From Pocillopora damicornis (lineage: Eukaryota), in contig NW_020846005.1 of the NCBI RefSeq assembly GCF_003704095.1, positions 1-64,000 on the forward strand: a DNA stretch of 64,000 bases. The letters run 5' to 3'. Position 1 is the stretch's first letter; every line of letters starts with the position of its first letter. Shown one piece after another: positions 26,401 through 37,971 of this stretch. A program made the position numbers and the translations under genes. A model generated the notes under the pieces. It was given only the letters and a program-made list of their open reading frames with translations. It did not search any database and was not told the DNA's origin.

Positions 26401-29400
26401 TATATGCTTGTCACTCTTAGGAGTAAAAGGGTTAAGGTTATGGTCCCTGATCTCCTTTCAGGAGTAGCAATATCTGTAGATATTTCTAAAATATATGGGG
26501 TGATATAACAAAATACCAAAGAATAAGTTGACAACTTGTCAAACATCCCATCCAGGTGGGGAGATGAAATACTTTAATGGAACTCATAATGTAGATACAG
26601 AGGTAAGATCTGTATGCTTTAGTCTTGAGTGCTGACTTTCACTGAGTGAACAGAAAACATGACTCTGTGACACAAACACCAGTTGGTAACCCTTTAACTT
26701 CCAAGATCTCATTTGTAATTCTCCTTACTGTCTGCCATACAGTTCATGTGATGTTAGTTTGCAGAATTTGGTATTGGATCAGCTTATAATCCCTTAACTG
26801 AAATTTTTCTTTATTCTCATCACTTTTCTGCTTGATAATGTAAGGAGAAATTCTGTCTTGGTCACTTATGGGAGTAAAGGGTTAAACTTCACTGAGCAAT
26901 ATAAAGAAACTAACCTGAAGCCCAAATGTCATACTGACAAGTCCAGCTGGCAAATTATGAAGAACTCTGGGAACAAAAAATGGACTCACTCTTCGATAGC
27001 CCTGAAAAAGTTGCTCCCTGTCAGTCCCAGTCAGAAAATATCAATGGTATACCTATCTTTCTTTTAAAAATGCAAGAAAAAAGGGTTTGCAAAATTTCAG
27101 AAATGTGTTGGTTATAAAACACAGTATCTAGTAAGTTAATTGAATTTTGCTAGCTTTGCTTTATATATCAGGCAAAATAATGAATTCAAAATAAACATGA
27201 CAAGCCCTCATCTATGACTTACATTTAACACTACACAGAAGTTCAGCATCATCAATTCAATGTGAACATCCTTAAGTAACATCTTTAGTGTCCGTCTGGC
27301 AACATTACTCAACATGTTGACTTAATGGCCTTCACTCTTGTTCAAAGAGCAGAAGACCATATCTTGCCAACAAAATGTTGAGCCCCATCCATCAGACAGA
27401 GATTATTCAGTGGATAGCATTATCCACTCTTCGCACAACAAGGCCCTGTTCTTAAATCTGACCTGATTGTTGAGTGTATCGCCCTCTTGCAGTATGTCCT
27501 TCAGACCTGTCATTGCCATCCCAATAGACACACCCTAGGATAAAAGGATCATTTTTAATCATAAGTCTGGTGTTCAAATCCACCATCCCTTGAAACTTCC
27601 CTCACAGTGCTTATTGTTATCAGGAAGGAGTCAACTACTATTTTTCAATTAATCTTTCCACTGCCAAGATCTCATTAGTAATTCTTCTTACTGTCTGTGA
27701 CGCAATTCATATAAAGTTAATTTTGAGAATTTAGTTTGGGATCAACTAATAATCTCCTAATTGACAATTTTCTTTATTCTCATCACTTGCCAGTGCTTGA
27801 TATTGTATTGATATTGTTAAGAGAAATTCTGCCTTGGTCACTCATGGGAGTAAGAGGGTTAAGGCCGTTTCTCACTCCTGAAAGTTAAATAAATGAAATA
27901 TTTATGGATAAAAACAAAATGAAAAATCTCATTGAGATAACAATGATGAGGAGGTGACTTTGATCAGGTTAACAGTTGATTAATGCACTGGTGGCCAATT
28001 ATTTTCAATTTGTTTTAATTGCCAGTGTAGCATTATGACATCAATAATTGAGTTTAACAGGAGACTCCTGAGAGATGACCAGCTAACAATGGTATGATTG
28101 TGAAAGTAGAACCACTTGACTTACTGTTCTTTCTTTTTGTTCTTGCCCAACCAGTTTCCATTTACAATCTTCTAGAGCCTCATATGCAGCAACTAATGCA
28201 AACAGGCCTTCTGTTGTGGTACTTCGTCTGTCCTAAGGGGAGAAAAATACCCCATCTTTATCCATCAAATTATTACACTTCCATAACTGATTTTTTTAAA
28301 ATGTAATTAATTAGTGAGACTAATTAATAATCCTTACTATCTTTATTAACATACCATGCTGATGACTCTTTAACTTACCACATTAAGTTTTGTTTCCCAA
28401 TGTTTCCTGTCAAATTCTCCTAGGTTTGTACCCCTTGGTACAAATGCAGCTGAAATTTAAATAAATAAATGAACAAAAAACCATTATTGTAAATTTAAAA
28501 TGGAACCAATGGGATTCACAGTGTTATCAAATTTGTTTGTTTGATCCCTTTCAAGATGCATTGCATTTCAGTTTAATTTTGTAATACCAAATTCTCTCTG
28601 TTTAAACTAATTGCATATGGAAGTTTATTTCTTGTTTGTTAGATTAAAAAAGTATTGTCATTTCAGTTTTTCAGAGCAAATTTGACAATTTAGGGCCTAG
28701 AATACACTGAAGCCATAACATATTTTAAAAGAAAGAGTTTTATATGCTTACCTATTTTGGCTGGAATTCCTTTGAACTCTACCATGAAAAAAAAAAAAAT
28801 TTCATAAGAATATACCATAGATTTTAGTTTCATCTTTCAAATAATTTTGGTGCAAAGAATAATATAGGAAACTATAATTCATACTTTCATCATAAATTTG
28901 TGTTATTCCACATTTTCCTTGCAATAAGTTTTCCCAGACTCTGGTTGTGCCAATCCCAAGAGGAGTAACAAGACCTGCAGGGATACCAACATTCAGTTCA
29001 TTCACAGGTGACACAAGCTCATTTAACCCTTTACACCCCAACATCAGTATGCATATTCTCCATACTGTCCTTCATACATTTCCTGAGGTGCTACTGAGGA
29101 GAATTTGTTCAACAATCAAGAGATTCTTTGGTTGGAGATCATTTCCTTTGATCTCATGACCTTAATGTGTGATTTAGCTGTGATATTGTAAGGAGAAATT
29201 AGATACTAGTCACTCTTAGGGGTCCAAGTTAAACAAGGTTGTTCTTCATCAATAAAACACCAACCAATAACTTATGGATTTTTTTAACGAAAATTTACTT
29301 CAAACCTAAAATAAATATGTTGATGCCCAAATAAAGACCAGTAACTTTGAGGTCTTAATCTTTCCATGCCCAATGTGCAGTTGGATGGCAATCAGTGGTC

Positions 29401-30052
29401 ATTTATAATGTAAAATGCTAAGAGTACTTACAATATGAATAGCAAATTATTGAACGAAAACTAAAACCTCACTTCTGTTTCATAATTTTGATGCATAAAA
29501 GCAACATTATTGAATAAGTTATGAATGAAACTTCACACACCGAGGTTGGGCTACCTGTGGTTAATTTTGGCTTTGCATTTATCAGTCAAATCTAACAGGA
29601 ATCTCTCCAGAGTGCCCATAGTATGATCTTCCTAATAATTACATATCTGTCTTTAATCGTCAAATCTTTAGCTGTTTCAAATATAATTTACTCTTCTCAC
29701 AGCACTACCATTAATTTTGGTATTTTCTGGTATTGGGGTGTACTTCATCAAATCATCAATAGTTTTTTCTGTTTCAATAGTTTTTTCTGTTTCTGTTGAA
29801 TTTTTCTGTTATTGAGAAGTGGCAGAGAAGGAACATTAAGATGGTTTTTTCCCTTTCCCAAAATGAAATTCTATCAGTATCCGACCTAGACTTCCACAAC
29901 ACTTTACTCCACTAAGTTCCTCTCACACCAGCGTTTGTAATCTACTGCCATACTTCACCTCAGAGAGGATCGATCAAAGGAGGATTTGAAAATAGAAAGA
30001 CACGGGGCTTACCAAGGCCGGTAACAACAACACGGCGTTGAGATTTCCACAT
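23482..30052 (-). CDS. OXSM: 3-oxoacyl-[acyl-carrier-protein] synthase (KAS II/FabF-type, mitochondrial OXSM), 14 exons, ~432 aa
   Basis: Exons (high to low): 30052-30013, 28974-28885, 28778-28752, 28449-28379, 28232-28125, 27534-27463, 27001-26915, 26092-25941, 25631-25517, 25185-25119, 24909-24772, 24161-24084, 23906-23836, 23664-23482; all GT-AG and phase-consistent. Motifs: [20 protein letters not shown] (catalytic Cys), [27 protein letters not shown] (His), [14 protein letters not shown] (His), [12 protein letters not shown]. Confidence 0.95.
24301..24514 (+). mobile_element. TTAA-flanked ~210-bp MITE (piggyBac-like termini), subfamily A
   Basis: ttaaccctttac ... gagggttta; internal sequence shared with copies at 26225, 29023, 55712 and 57240. 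Confidence 0.75.
26225..26435 (+). mobile_element. TTAA MITE, subfamily A
   Basis: taaaccctttac ... gtaaaagggttaa; shared core gcatattctcca...tatacattt...gtaaggagaaatt...gtcactctt. Confidence 0.75.
26687..26885 (+). mobile_element. TTAA MITE, subfamily B
   Basis: taaccctttaacttccaagatctc ... gtaaagggttaa; shared core gtaattctccttactgtc...agaatttggtattggatca...aaggagaaattctgtcttggtcact. Confidence 0.75.
27649..27862 (+). mobile_element. TTAA MITE, subfamily B
   Basis: ttaatctttccactgccaagatctc ... taagagggttaa; same core as 26687 and 61576. Confidence 0.75.
29023..29232 (+). mobile_element. TTAA MITE, subfamily A
   Basis: ttaaccctttacacccc ... caagttaa; same core as 24301. Confidence 0.75.
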
Positions 30053-30441
30053 CAAACCTCCACAACTTCTACCTATGATAGATTTGCAATTTCTTGCTCT
30101 CTCGAAAAAAATGAAATCTGGATTGGATTTCTCTCTCAGTATAGCATGTCGGTAGTTTTGTCACAATTTGGCAATATTACAATTCGTAAAGGACACGTTT
30201 TTTCAAAACTTTCCGCCATGTTTTTGGGTAACCAGGCCTTCTAAGTTACAACACCTCTTCTGCCAGTCAGTACTTAGGGTAAACCCAAAACTTGCGTTCA
30301 CTGGTTCAACAAATCTGGTAATCTTTGATTTCTACGTGTGTACGACAGGAGAGGTCAATCTGATATGCTATTTTTCTTTCCCCAGTCTGCTTTTCTCCTC
30401 TTTTTTAGTCTTATGGGCATCCTAAGAGTGGATACCCCAAA

Positions 30442-31797
30442 TATTGGGGGGCCATTTGTGCGAAAATATCAATCGCTAGCGATGAAACTAAATCGTTAGT
30501 GCTAGCAACAAGTCGTAACTGTAAATCAATTTAGTTACCGTTCTAAAATGGTCAATTGTTAGTGCTGAACCTCAATCGCTTTTGTTATTGCACCAAAAGC
30601 CGTTCTCCAATTAATCTCCAATTAAAGCGCTTATTATAAAACGCTGATGCTCTGACGATGGTGTAAAACCTACATGACTTGTGTTATTTTTAAAATACAG
30701 CCATCGTAACGATGGCTATCGAACACTGCAACCCATCGTTTGTGAAAAATAGAAAATCGCTACCGCAAAACATAGATTGTCGTGCTAGTATCGATTTGTT
30801 ACCGATTCTAACTTGAACCAGTCTCCCGCTTGTTTGGCAAGATAACCCAATCAAACCTTGCCAGGAGCGCAGTGATGGGCTCCTGACCTTGCTTACTTTC
30901 TTGCAATCTGATAAAGGACATTGAAATCCAAAAAAAATTTGAATATAAATTCTTTTTAATAAATCCTCATCGAAAAGTTATTGTAAATCTAAAAAAAATC
31001 AACTACAAATTCTGATTAGATCACTCTCTCCACAAATGACTTACTAAAAACCCCAAAATAATTTGCGATCCAAGATTGTTTGTGAAGTTCAGAAAAATGT
31101 TTGAAATCGCAGAAAATGGCTTGGCCCGTGGTTGCCACTATGACTTTCGTCGTTTAAAATACACCGCAAAAAGTAGAAGCGTTTTGAAGGCTGATTACCA
31201 AGCGCAAAACAAATCCAGAATCCTGAATCCCTCATGCGCTACGCTCTGGCGCAAAATCGTATCTACCACTTTCATGAAAGATTGTAGTTCCTCTGAGAAG
31301 CAATTATAATTTGATGGCGACGCCATTTTGTGCTCGTTACGAAGCAGGAAAGTAAAAGACATTTGATGTTTTGCGGAGGCGATTTCTACTTATCTCAAAC
31401 GATCGGTGGCAGCACTGACGATTGGCATCGCTACAATTTCTGTGTTTTACAAATAACACAAGCCGTAAAGGTTTGACACTATCGATAGATTGATATTTAA
31501 CGCTATCGATCTACCTCAGAAAACCAGCGATTTATAATTAGCGCTTTTAATTTATGACAAGGGCGTTTGGGGCAACAACACAAGCGATTGAGGTTCAGCA
31601 CTAACAATTGACCATTTTAGAACGGAAACCAGATTGATTTACAATTACGATTTGTTGCAAGCACTAACCATTGAGTTTTATCACTGGCGGTTGTTATTTT
31701 AACGATTGAGTTTTATCACTAGCGGTTGTTATTTTAGTACTAACGATTGAGTATTATCACTAGCGATTGGTATTTTTGGCACAAATGGCTCCTCATA
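30442..31797. mobile_element. Non-autonomous long-TIR (foldback-like) DNA element, ~1.36 kb
   Basis: Left arm ~30442-30773 (tattgggggg ccatttgtg...ctaaaatggtcaattgttagtgctgaacctcaatcgctt...ccgcaaaacat) is the diverged reverse complement of right arm ~31367-31797 (atgttttgcgg...aagcgattgaggttcagcactaacaattgaccattttag...cacaaatggctcctcata). The right arm contains three ~35-40-bp tandem repeats. No transposase ORF. Confidence 0.8.
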
Positions 31798-32494
31798 CCC
31801 AAACACTTGTGATTTGGGTACTGAGATACCAAAAACCACCGTGACATCGTAAAGAGGAGAGTCCCTGGGGACGAGCTTATCAGAGACGTGGGTCTTGACG
31901 GTAACTCTAAAGTAATAAAGTAAAATAATATTAATTTCTGCATGAGTCACATTCATTGTGAGTTGATAACTCACACCTTCCTGCGGCAATTCATCATAGG
32001 TACCAAGGAAAGAGGATCTTATTCGTCTAACACACTTCATATCCGAAAAAATACTACCCCGCTCGCTCACCAAGGGCTATCGCTCTGAACAGCAGCTTCA
32101 GAAACTCTCAACGATGGACGATTTAAACTATCTTAAATAAAATAAAACCAATTATTTTGTAATACCTCCACTGACGCAGCACCACAATGTCTTTGGAAAC
32201 TTACCCCTATTATTCTTGACGCGCAAAGTCGACTGTTAGAGAAGGCGCTAACTACTAATTAAAGCCTACATAAAGTCAGGATGAAGAATTGATCGGCGAA
32301 CGATTATTAGCGGCAACAAAAGGATGTGTGACGTTGATATTTCGCAAGACTGTAACTGATTCTACGTCATAGAATTGGTAAGTTGTCGATGGCAACATGA
32401 TACACGAGAACGGATAGCTGTCGTCTTTTAAGAGTTCGCACAAACTTCAGTCCACACTGCAACATCGACAAACTCGTTTACATCCTCAAGAATA

Positions 32495-34741
32495 ATGGAA
32501 CAAACTTTCAGGCCTGAGTCTCCTCCAATTCTAGAGGTGGTTATACCGTTTTTGATTAAAGAGGAAATACCTTCCCAACATGAGGGGCAAGAATCGTCAG
32601 AGATTCCAACCGTTCAACCGGGTAAGTTTCCGAGTTCCACACCGATAGAGAAACGACATATTTTTATAATTTCATTTTAAAGCCTGCGATTTCAAGAAAA
32701 AAGAAGGCAAGAGGAGAGCTGTCCGTGATTTTTGTGTGTTTGTATGGTCAAGGAAGAAACTTAGTTAATTGAGAGAAACAGGTATCTAGATATCACACAA
32801 TTTTAGGGCGCTGGATTTCGTTTTAGGCAGTGAGTGCAAAAAATACATCGAATCTTGAGAGTTTCTCGCGACGAAATAGCTTCACACACTGAACGATTGA
32901 AGGAGAAGCGTTTTCCTGATAAATTTGCAGTTTCTCGGGGAGATTACATACGAGGTAAAAAAGGCAGTTATCTTGAGTCAGTTAATTTTCATGGAGAAAG
33001 CATCCAGTACTTGCAAATATCAGTAATATTCTTACTTTACATACTATCACTGTTTTTGTCTTGTTTTTCTAAGCTTGCTTTTCAAAGCTGTTCGTTTCGA
33101 TCGCAGCTGATTGGAAACCTGTGAGAATTCCAGCCTGCCTAATAAGACAAAACGGTCCGATTTTTACAAAGGGACAATTTAACAAAAGTAAAATTTCAGA
33201 GGTTCTTTGATTAACATACTTTTGCCGGTAATGCCTCCTTTCGAAATCAGACCATCTCTATCTTAAGCACTAGCAGAATTTGAAGTTACGAAATGAGACG
33301 ACACAAAATTATTCAAAATTGATTCCGGTAAACTGTTTGGAATGAACCATAAAAATTTATTCCAGTGAATTTCGATCTAAAATAGTGGTATGCCGGTAAA
33401 AATGATCGACTGTGAAGCTAGAAATTATGTAATCAGCGTTTCGTATAAACTGCTCATCAGAGATACTCTCTCAGGTTACACGCTCGAAATAGAGTGCATA
33501 TTTATTTTACGCCTGCATGAAGGAAATTGAGAGTTTTTCTTGTTCCTTCTCATCTCTGAGTCTTGATTCATGGTAAAAGAAAAAAAATAACAAGCTTCCG
33601 GAACGCCATAATGGTGGCTGGAATATCATCTGCTGAGTTTTATTTTTGGAGAGTCATTTATTCATATTTTTTCGCGCTCTTCTTTCCTGATTCTGGAAAA
33701 ACAGCCACGCTTTTTTCTCTATTTTTTTTCTTTCCGACGGAAATAAACGGATGATAAATATTGATGCTGTCCGGGGTCTATTGATTTTGCACCACGTGAC
33801 GTGAAGGAGCCAATAAAATCGCGCGAAAATTAATGAGTTCTGAATAAATTTTGTCCTTTGTTCCATTCTCATATATAGTGAAACACGAACAAGTTTCTCC
33901 AAGCGTCGAGGTGATCAAGAAGCGAGCGTGCCGCACTCGTTTCACAATTTATCAAAGAGCAGAACTGGAGGCGGCCTTTTCAGCATCACCTTACTTGACT
34001 CCTCACCAAAGGATGGCTTTGGCTTCAAGACTCAGAGTCAAACCTGTCGCTGTGCAGGTAATTAACATGACTGCTTTGAAATAAAAATTAGATAACATTC
34101 ATTCAGAACCAGCCACGCACAGAGAAAACAATCTTTGTCCTCTGTAAAGATTCGAACTTTAGGTAAAGTGCACAGTCAAGAGTACAGTCTGTACTCAAGC
34201 CCAGAGGGCCACCCAACCAGAACTAATCCTGGTTTCCATGGCATGAGGTGACTAGGAGTATTACGTCTCCCCCCTGGATGGGATAACAGGGGGTGTGTTA
34301 TCCCATCAGGGGGGAGAGGTTGTATCAAAGGATGCCCCCCTTTGATAAAACCTCGTTGGCGAGCTAGGTCATATGGGAGATTTATATTATAATAATCTTA
34401 ATCTTATAATTCACGTTTGCTTTTTGCTCGCTCCCTATTACAGTTTAATTCCAATGCACTTTAGGTGATTTGCTCGTCATTTCGTGTCTCTCATTTTTCA
34501 GTCATGGTTTAAGAACAGACGATTTAAGTGGCGCAAAGAAGTACGGGAAGGCTCTCACGCCTCGCCAGCTGCGCTACCTGCACCTGCACAAGGTATTTCC
34601 TTGATGTATCAGCCACGATATGTCTACAGTTCTGGTCAGTTTCCAGTGTCAGCTCAGTGCCAAGGATGTTTCACAAGACAACCATCCAGCGACTCGCATT
34701 CACATGTAGACTTCACTCCGTATCCCTATTCTTCTCACTGA
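32495..34741 (+). CDS. Divergent K50 homeodomain protein (PRD-class intron position), 3 exons, ~181 aa
   Basis: Exons 32495-32621 (G|gtaagt), 33879-34057, 34502-34741; 546 nt in frame. Homeodomain KRACRTRFTIYQRAELEAAFSASPYLTPHQRMALASRLRVKPVAVQ|SWFKNRRFKWRKEV has R5, F8, L16, F20, W48, F49, K50, N51, R53, and an intron between codons 46 and 47. Confidence 0.9.
34185..34290 (+). repeat. Interspersed SINE-like repeat fragment
   Basis: tcctggtttccatggcatgaggtgactaggagtatt...cccctggatgg resembles 63838-63890 (tctggtttcggcagcataaagccactagaactatt...ccccatggatgg) and, reversed, ~26545-26575. Confidence 0.5.
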
Positions 34742-36266
34742 CCAACTGTAAAATATCTATGTATCTTTGCCTTATATATATGTATATTTTTAAATTTTCT
34801 CTTTGCCTAAGACACTCCTGAAGACGAGCCGGAGAGGAGGGGAAGAGGCGGAGGTCTTGATCGCAGGAAATAGATCATAATTACTTTTCGTACGCCAGGG
34901 CGAAAGAGATTTCCTTCTTTTTTCCTTTTTTTTCTTTTTCTTTTTTTTGTTTTTGTTTCAGTTCACAGCGATTGATATTTCGGAGTGCCCCCAAATGACA
35001 GAAAGGCTTTAATCAACCCTCTCTTCCCCCTCTGCTCACACCCATGAATTAAATTTTAAACTACGTAGAATTTTTGGCCAATGAAAAATTTTTAAATGTA
35101 AATAGATTTCTATTTGCCTGCTTTTATCTTTGAATACTTTTGACACGTCGCTACGAATCTTATGATAAGACAGTTTTTATTTCTAATTCAGCAAAAATTA
35201 GTATGCGCTGAGACAAAAATTTGTTGCGAAAAGTCCTAGTACATAATTGCGTGTTTTTTTTAAATATCTTCATAAACCTTGTTTTCAAATCTGGTTTGCT
35301 TCCAGTCCCTACTGAGTCTGTTATCTTCAATGAAGGCCCTTTCTAAACGGAAAAGCGCTATGCGATCTTTCAACTTCATTTACAAGTTGGTAAATAGATT
35401 TTTTTTTTTTTTTTACAAATAATTGGTCACCAAGCCAGATACTGGGTTATTGGCTTCATGCTCAAAAACAGCAGCAGGTCTGCTTATTAATTCCTATTTT
35501 GAGTAACCAAACGATGTATTCATAATTGAACCTACATAGATCGACGTTTTAAGATGTGAAAAGTTGTTTGCGAAGAAAAACAGTTTTGTTGTTCAGAAAA
35601 GAGCTGAGCTGAGCTCAAATGTAAAGAAATCGAAAGTATCATGGAAAAAATGGCAATAGTTGATCTCATGAAACTTGGAAGGATGGAACGCTATTAATGG
35701 GGAGATTAAGGTGTGCCCGAGAAAAATCAACTGAATTTATGTCAGTTTTTTTTAATAGAAACACCGAAACGTCGAAGGCAAATTATTTCAACATGCATTA
35801 CCGAGAAATGGTTAATTTGTTAAAATCACTTTATACATTGTATTAGAAATAAACTTGTATGCTGGTATTGCGAAAATAAATCAGTTTTTATTGTTTGAAG
35901 AAAGTGCATAGAAATAGTATAGTGCGTTTAGATTTGTTGTTTGCACAATGGCTTTGATATGAAACTTTAAAAAATCACTCTCTTTCCTTTCCCCCCAAAT
36001 GACTTACGTGACCTATCAACGAGTAAGAAAAGTAACTTTTCATTCAATCCTTGATCTCCATGGTTTGTTCCCTTAAAGCTCAGCCACCGATCTGGACCTG
36101 TGAGGGGATGAATTTTGCCTCCTTTTGAGTTTAGCAAATTTCCGCCCGATTGCTATTAATCCAAGGGGAGATGAGTGAAGTTCGACCTTTAAATTTCACA
36201 CCGAGGTAAAGTGCTCACGAGAGCACTTTCTCAGCCTGGCTAACATGAGCTTTCAATCTTCAACAA

Positions 36267-36337
36267 GCAGAGGTGATTCAGTGGTAGAATTGTATCTTCC
36301 CATGGAGGAGGTCTGGGTTTGATTCTCGGCCATTTTA
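36267..36337 (+). pseudogene. Decayed tRNA-Gly (CCC-type) pseudogene
   Basis: gcagaggtgattcagtggtagaatt...ttcccat...ggtctgggtttgattctcggcca aligns with eukaryotic tRNA-Gly (GCATTGGTGGTTCAGTGGTAGAATT...CCCGGGTTCGATTCCCGGCCA). Acceptor and anticodon stems are broken; several differences are C>T transitions. Confidence 0.65.
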
Positions 36338-37971
36338 TCTTTTACCGCTCTGCTGAGTTGTCTCTCCTTGTCTCCTTAAAGTACTATACCAGACTTTATT
36401 TTCGTGCAAACAAATCAAACGTTTTACATAGGGAGGCTGCAATGATAAAATCTTAGATGCATGGCCAACATAGTCAGGAAGTGAAAAAAATCTGGTGTTC
36501 CAAACTGTTTTCCTTGTCTTACCAGCTGAAGATCAACGGGTACCTGTACCTCGGCAAGTGAAGCATAATAACCTCATGTATGATGCTATCTAGACATGTA
36601 ATGATACATAAAAATTGCAACCTTGGTTCAGCTTGGACTTCTTTCGTGGAGTTTTGAGGAGAGAGACGTGTTCGTCAAACTCTCATTTAGGCTATATTAA
36701 AGTTCACATGGCAACCAGGTGGACAATCAGACATGGTTTGATGCTGCTCTGGTTTACAGATTTAGTGAATGTAACCGAAGAAGTTGCAATTCATAGACCC
36801 AACGTTTCGACCCGATTTAGGCGTTGAATAAATTTTTTTCAGGTTCCCGAAACCAGATAGTAATGAAACCGAAGGCAATTTTGAATAAAGCTCGCCATTC
36901 AGACGAAGAATGAGTGTTCAACTTCAGGTCTCTTTCCCCTTAAAAGCTCTGATGTTTCAATACCTGAGGAATTCCTAAATTCAAACTTCAGAGTTCTCCA
37001 GAGTCCTTTGTGTGAGATTGGCAGAGAGATCATATACCATCACTGAACTTGGAGTTTCACTTTTTTCAAAACTTTTTATTCGTGAATATTCTATACAGTA
37101 GCTGGCTAAACTGATGCAGTTAAAGATATATCCCTAAACAAGTAACATATCAATTACGCCTAAGATTATATAGCGATGTATATACATAAGTCTATAGGTA
37201 AATACAACTTTCAAACGTAAAGTAACCTTACAGTTTAACATGTACTTCACCAGCAGAAACAAAGCAGTCAGCCTGTATAGTTACATAACCGTATAGTACC
37301 TATGTTTGCTATGGAAAACCCTACGAAGAAACGGTTTTTTTTTGCTTCACAGTATGAAGAAATGACAAAACTACAACGGAGCAAAACGGAACAAAATACC
37401 TCTTTGTGGTTCTACGTTTTTCTTACTCTATACAGTTCTCAGAACCAATCCTCCAAAGAGATCGCTTACCGACTACATTATCAAAATAAATATAAAATTA
37501 AAATGGTGGACTTAGAATTAAATAACAATAAGTCATGAAGAGCGGTAAACAACAGCTTTTAAAAAATCTTGTCCCTGTCGGGCAATGATATCAGGAAATG
37601 TTAATCAGAACCTTGTAGGAAAGTTTCTTTTCGGCAGAAAAAATTTGCTTGTAATGTTACCAATGTAATTTCATGCCACTTTGCTCATCTACAAATAAAA
37701 ATTAAAGAACAGAGTGTCACATAGCATTTCTATAATCTGCAGTTAGATAAGGAAGATCGTGAATCTGGTATGGTTCCCAGCTCACGAACGAGTTCTTTGT
37801 AGCATGAGGAAATTCCTTGATTTTGGGTGCGACTTCATTCACTCCTTTTGATCTCTTTCTTTGTTCTTATCGACAGTTCTAATTGCTTTGGTGTAAGTCG
37901 TACCACACTCAATCGAAATGCATCCTAGACATTTAAAGATAGTTATCATTTAGGGCACTTACCACTTGCTT

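Noticed and set aside
23482-30052. Horizontally transferred bacterial fabF or a PKS cluster
   Set aside because: It has 13 spliceosomal introns and a stand-alone OXSM-type KS, with no neighbouring biosynthetic domains.
37800-37962. Additional coding exon after a gtaagt donor at 37962
   Set aside because: The donor lies 3' of the in-frame TAA and the nearest acceptor would give only a 38-nt intron. At most this is a UTR feature.
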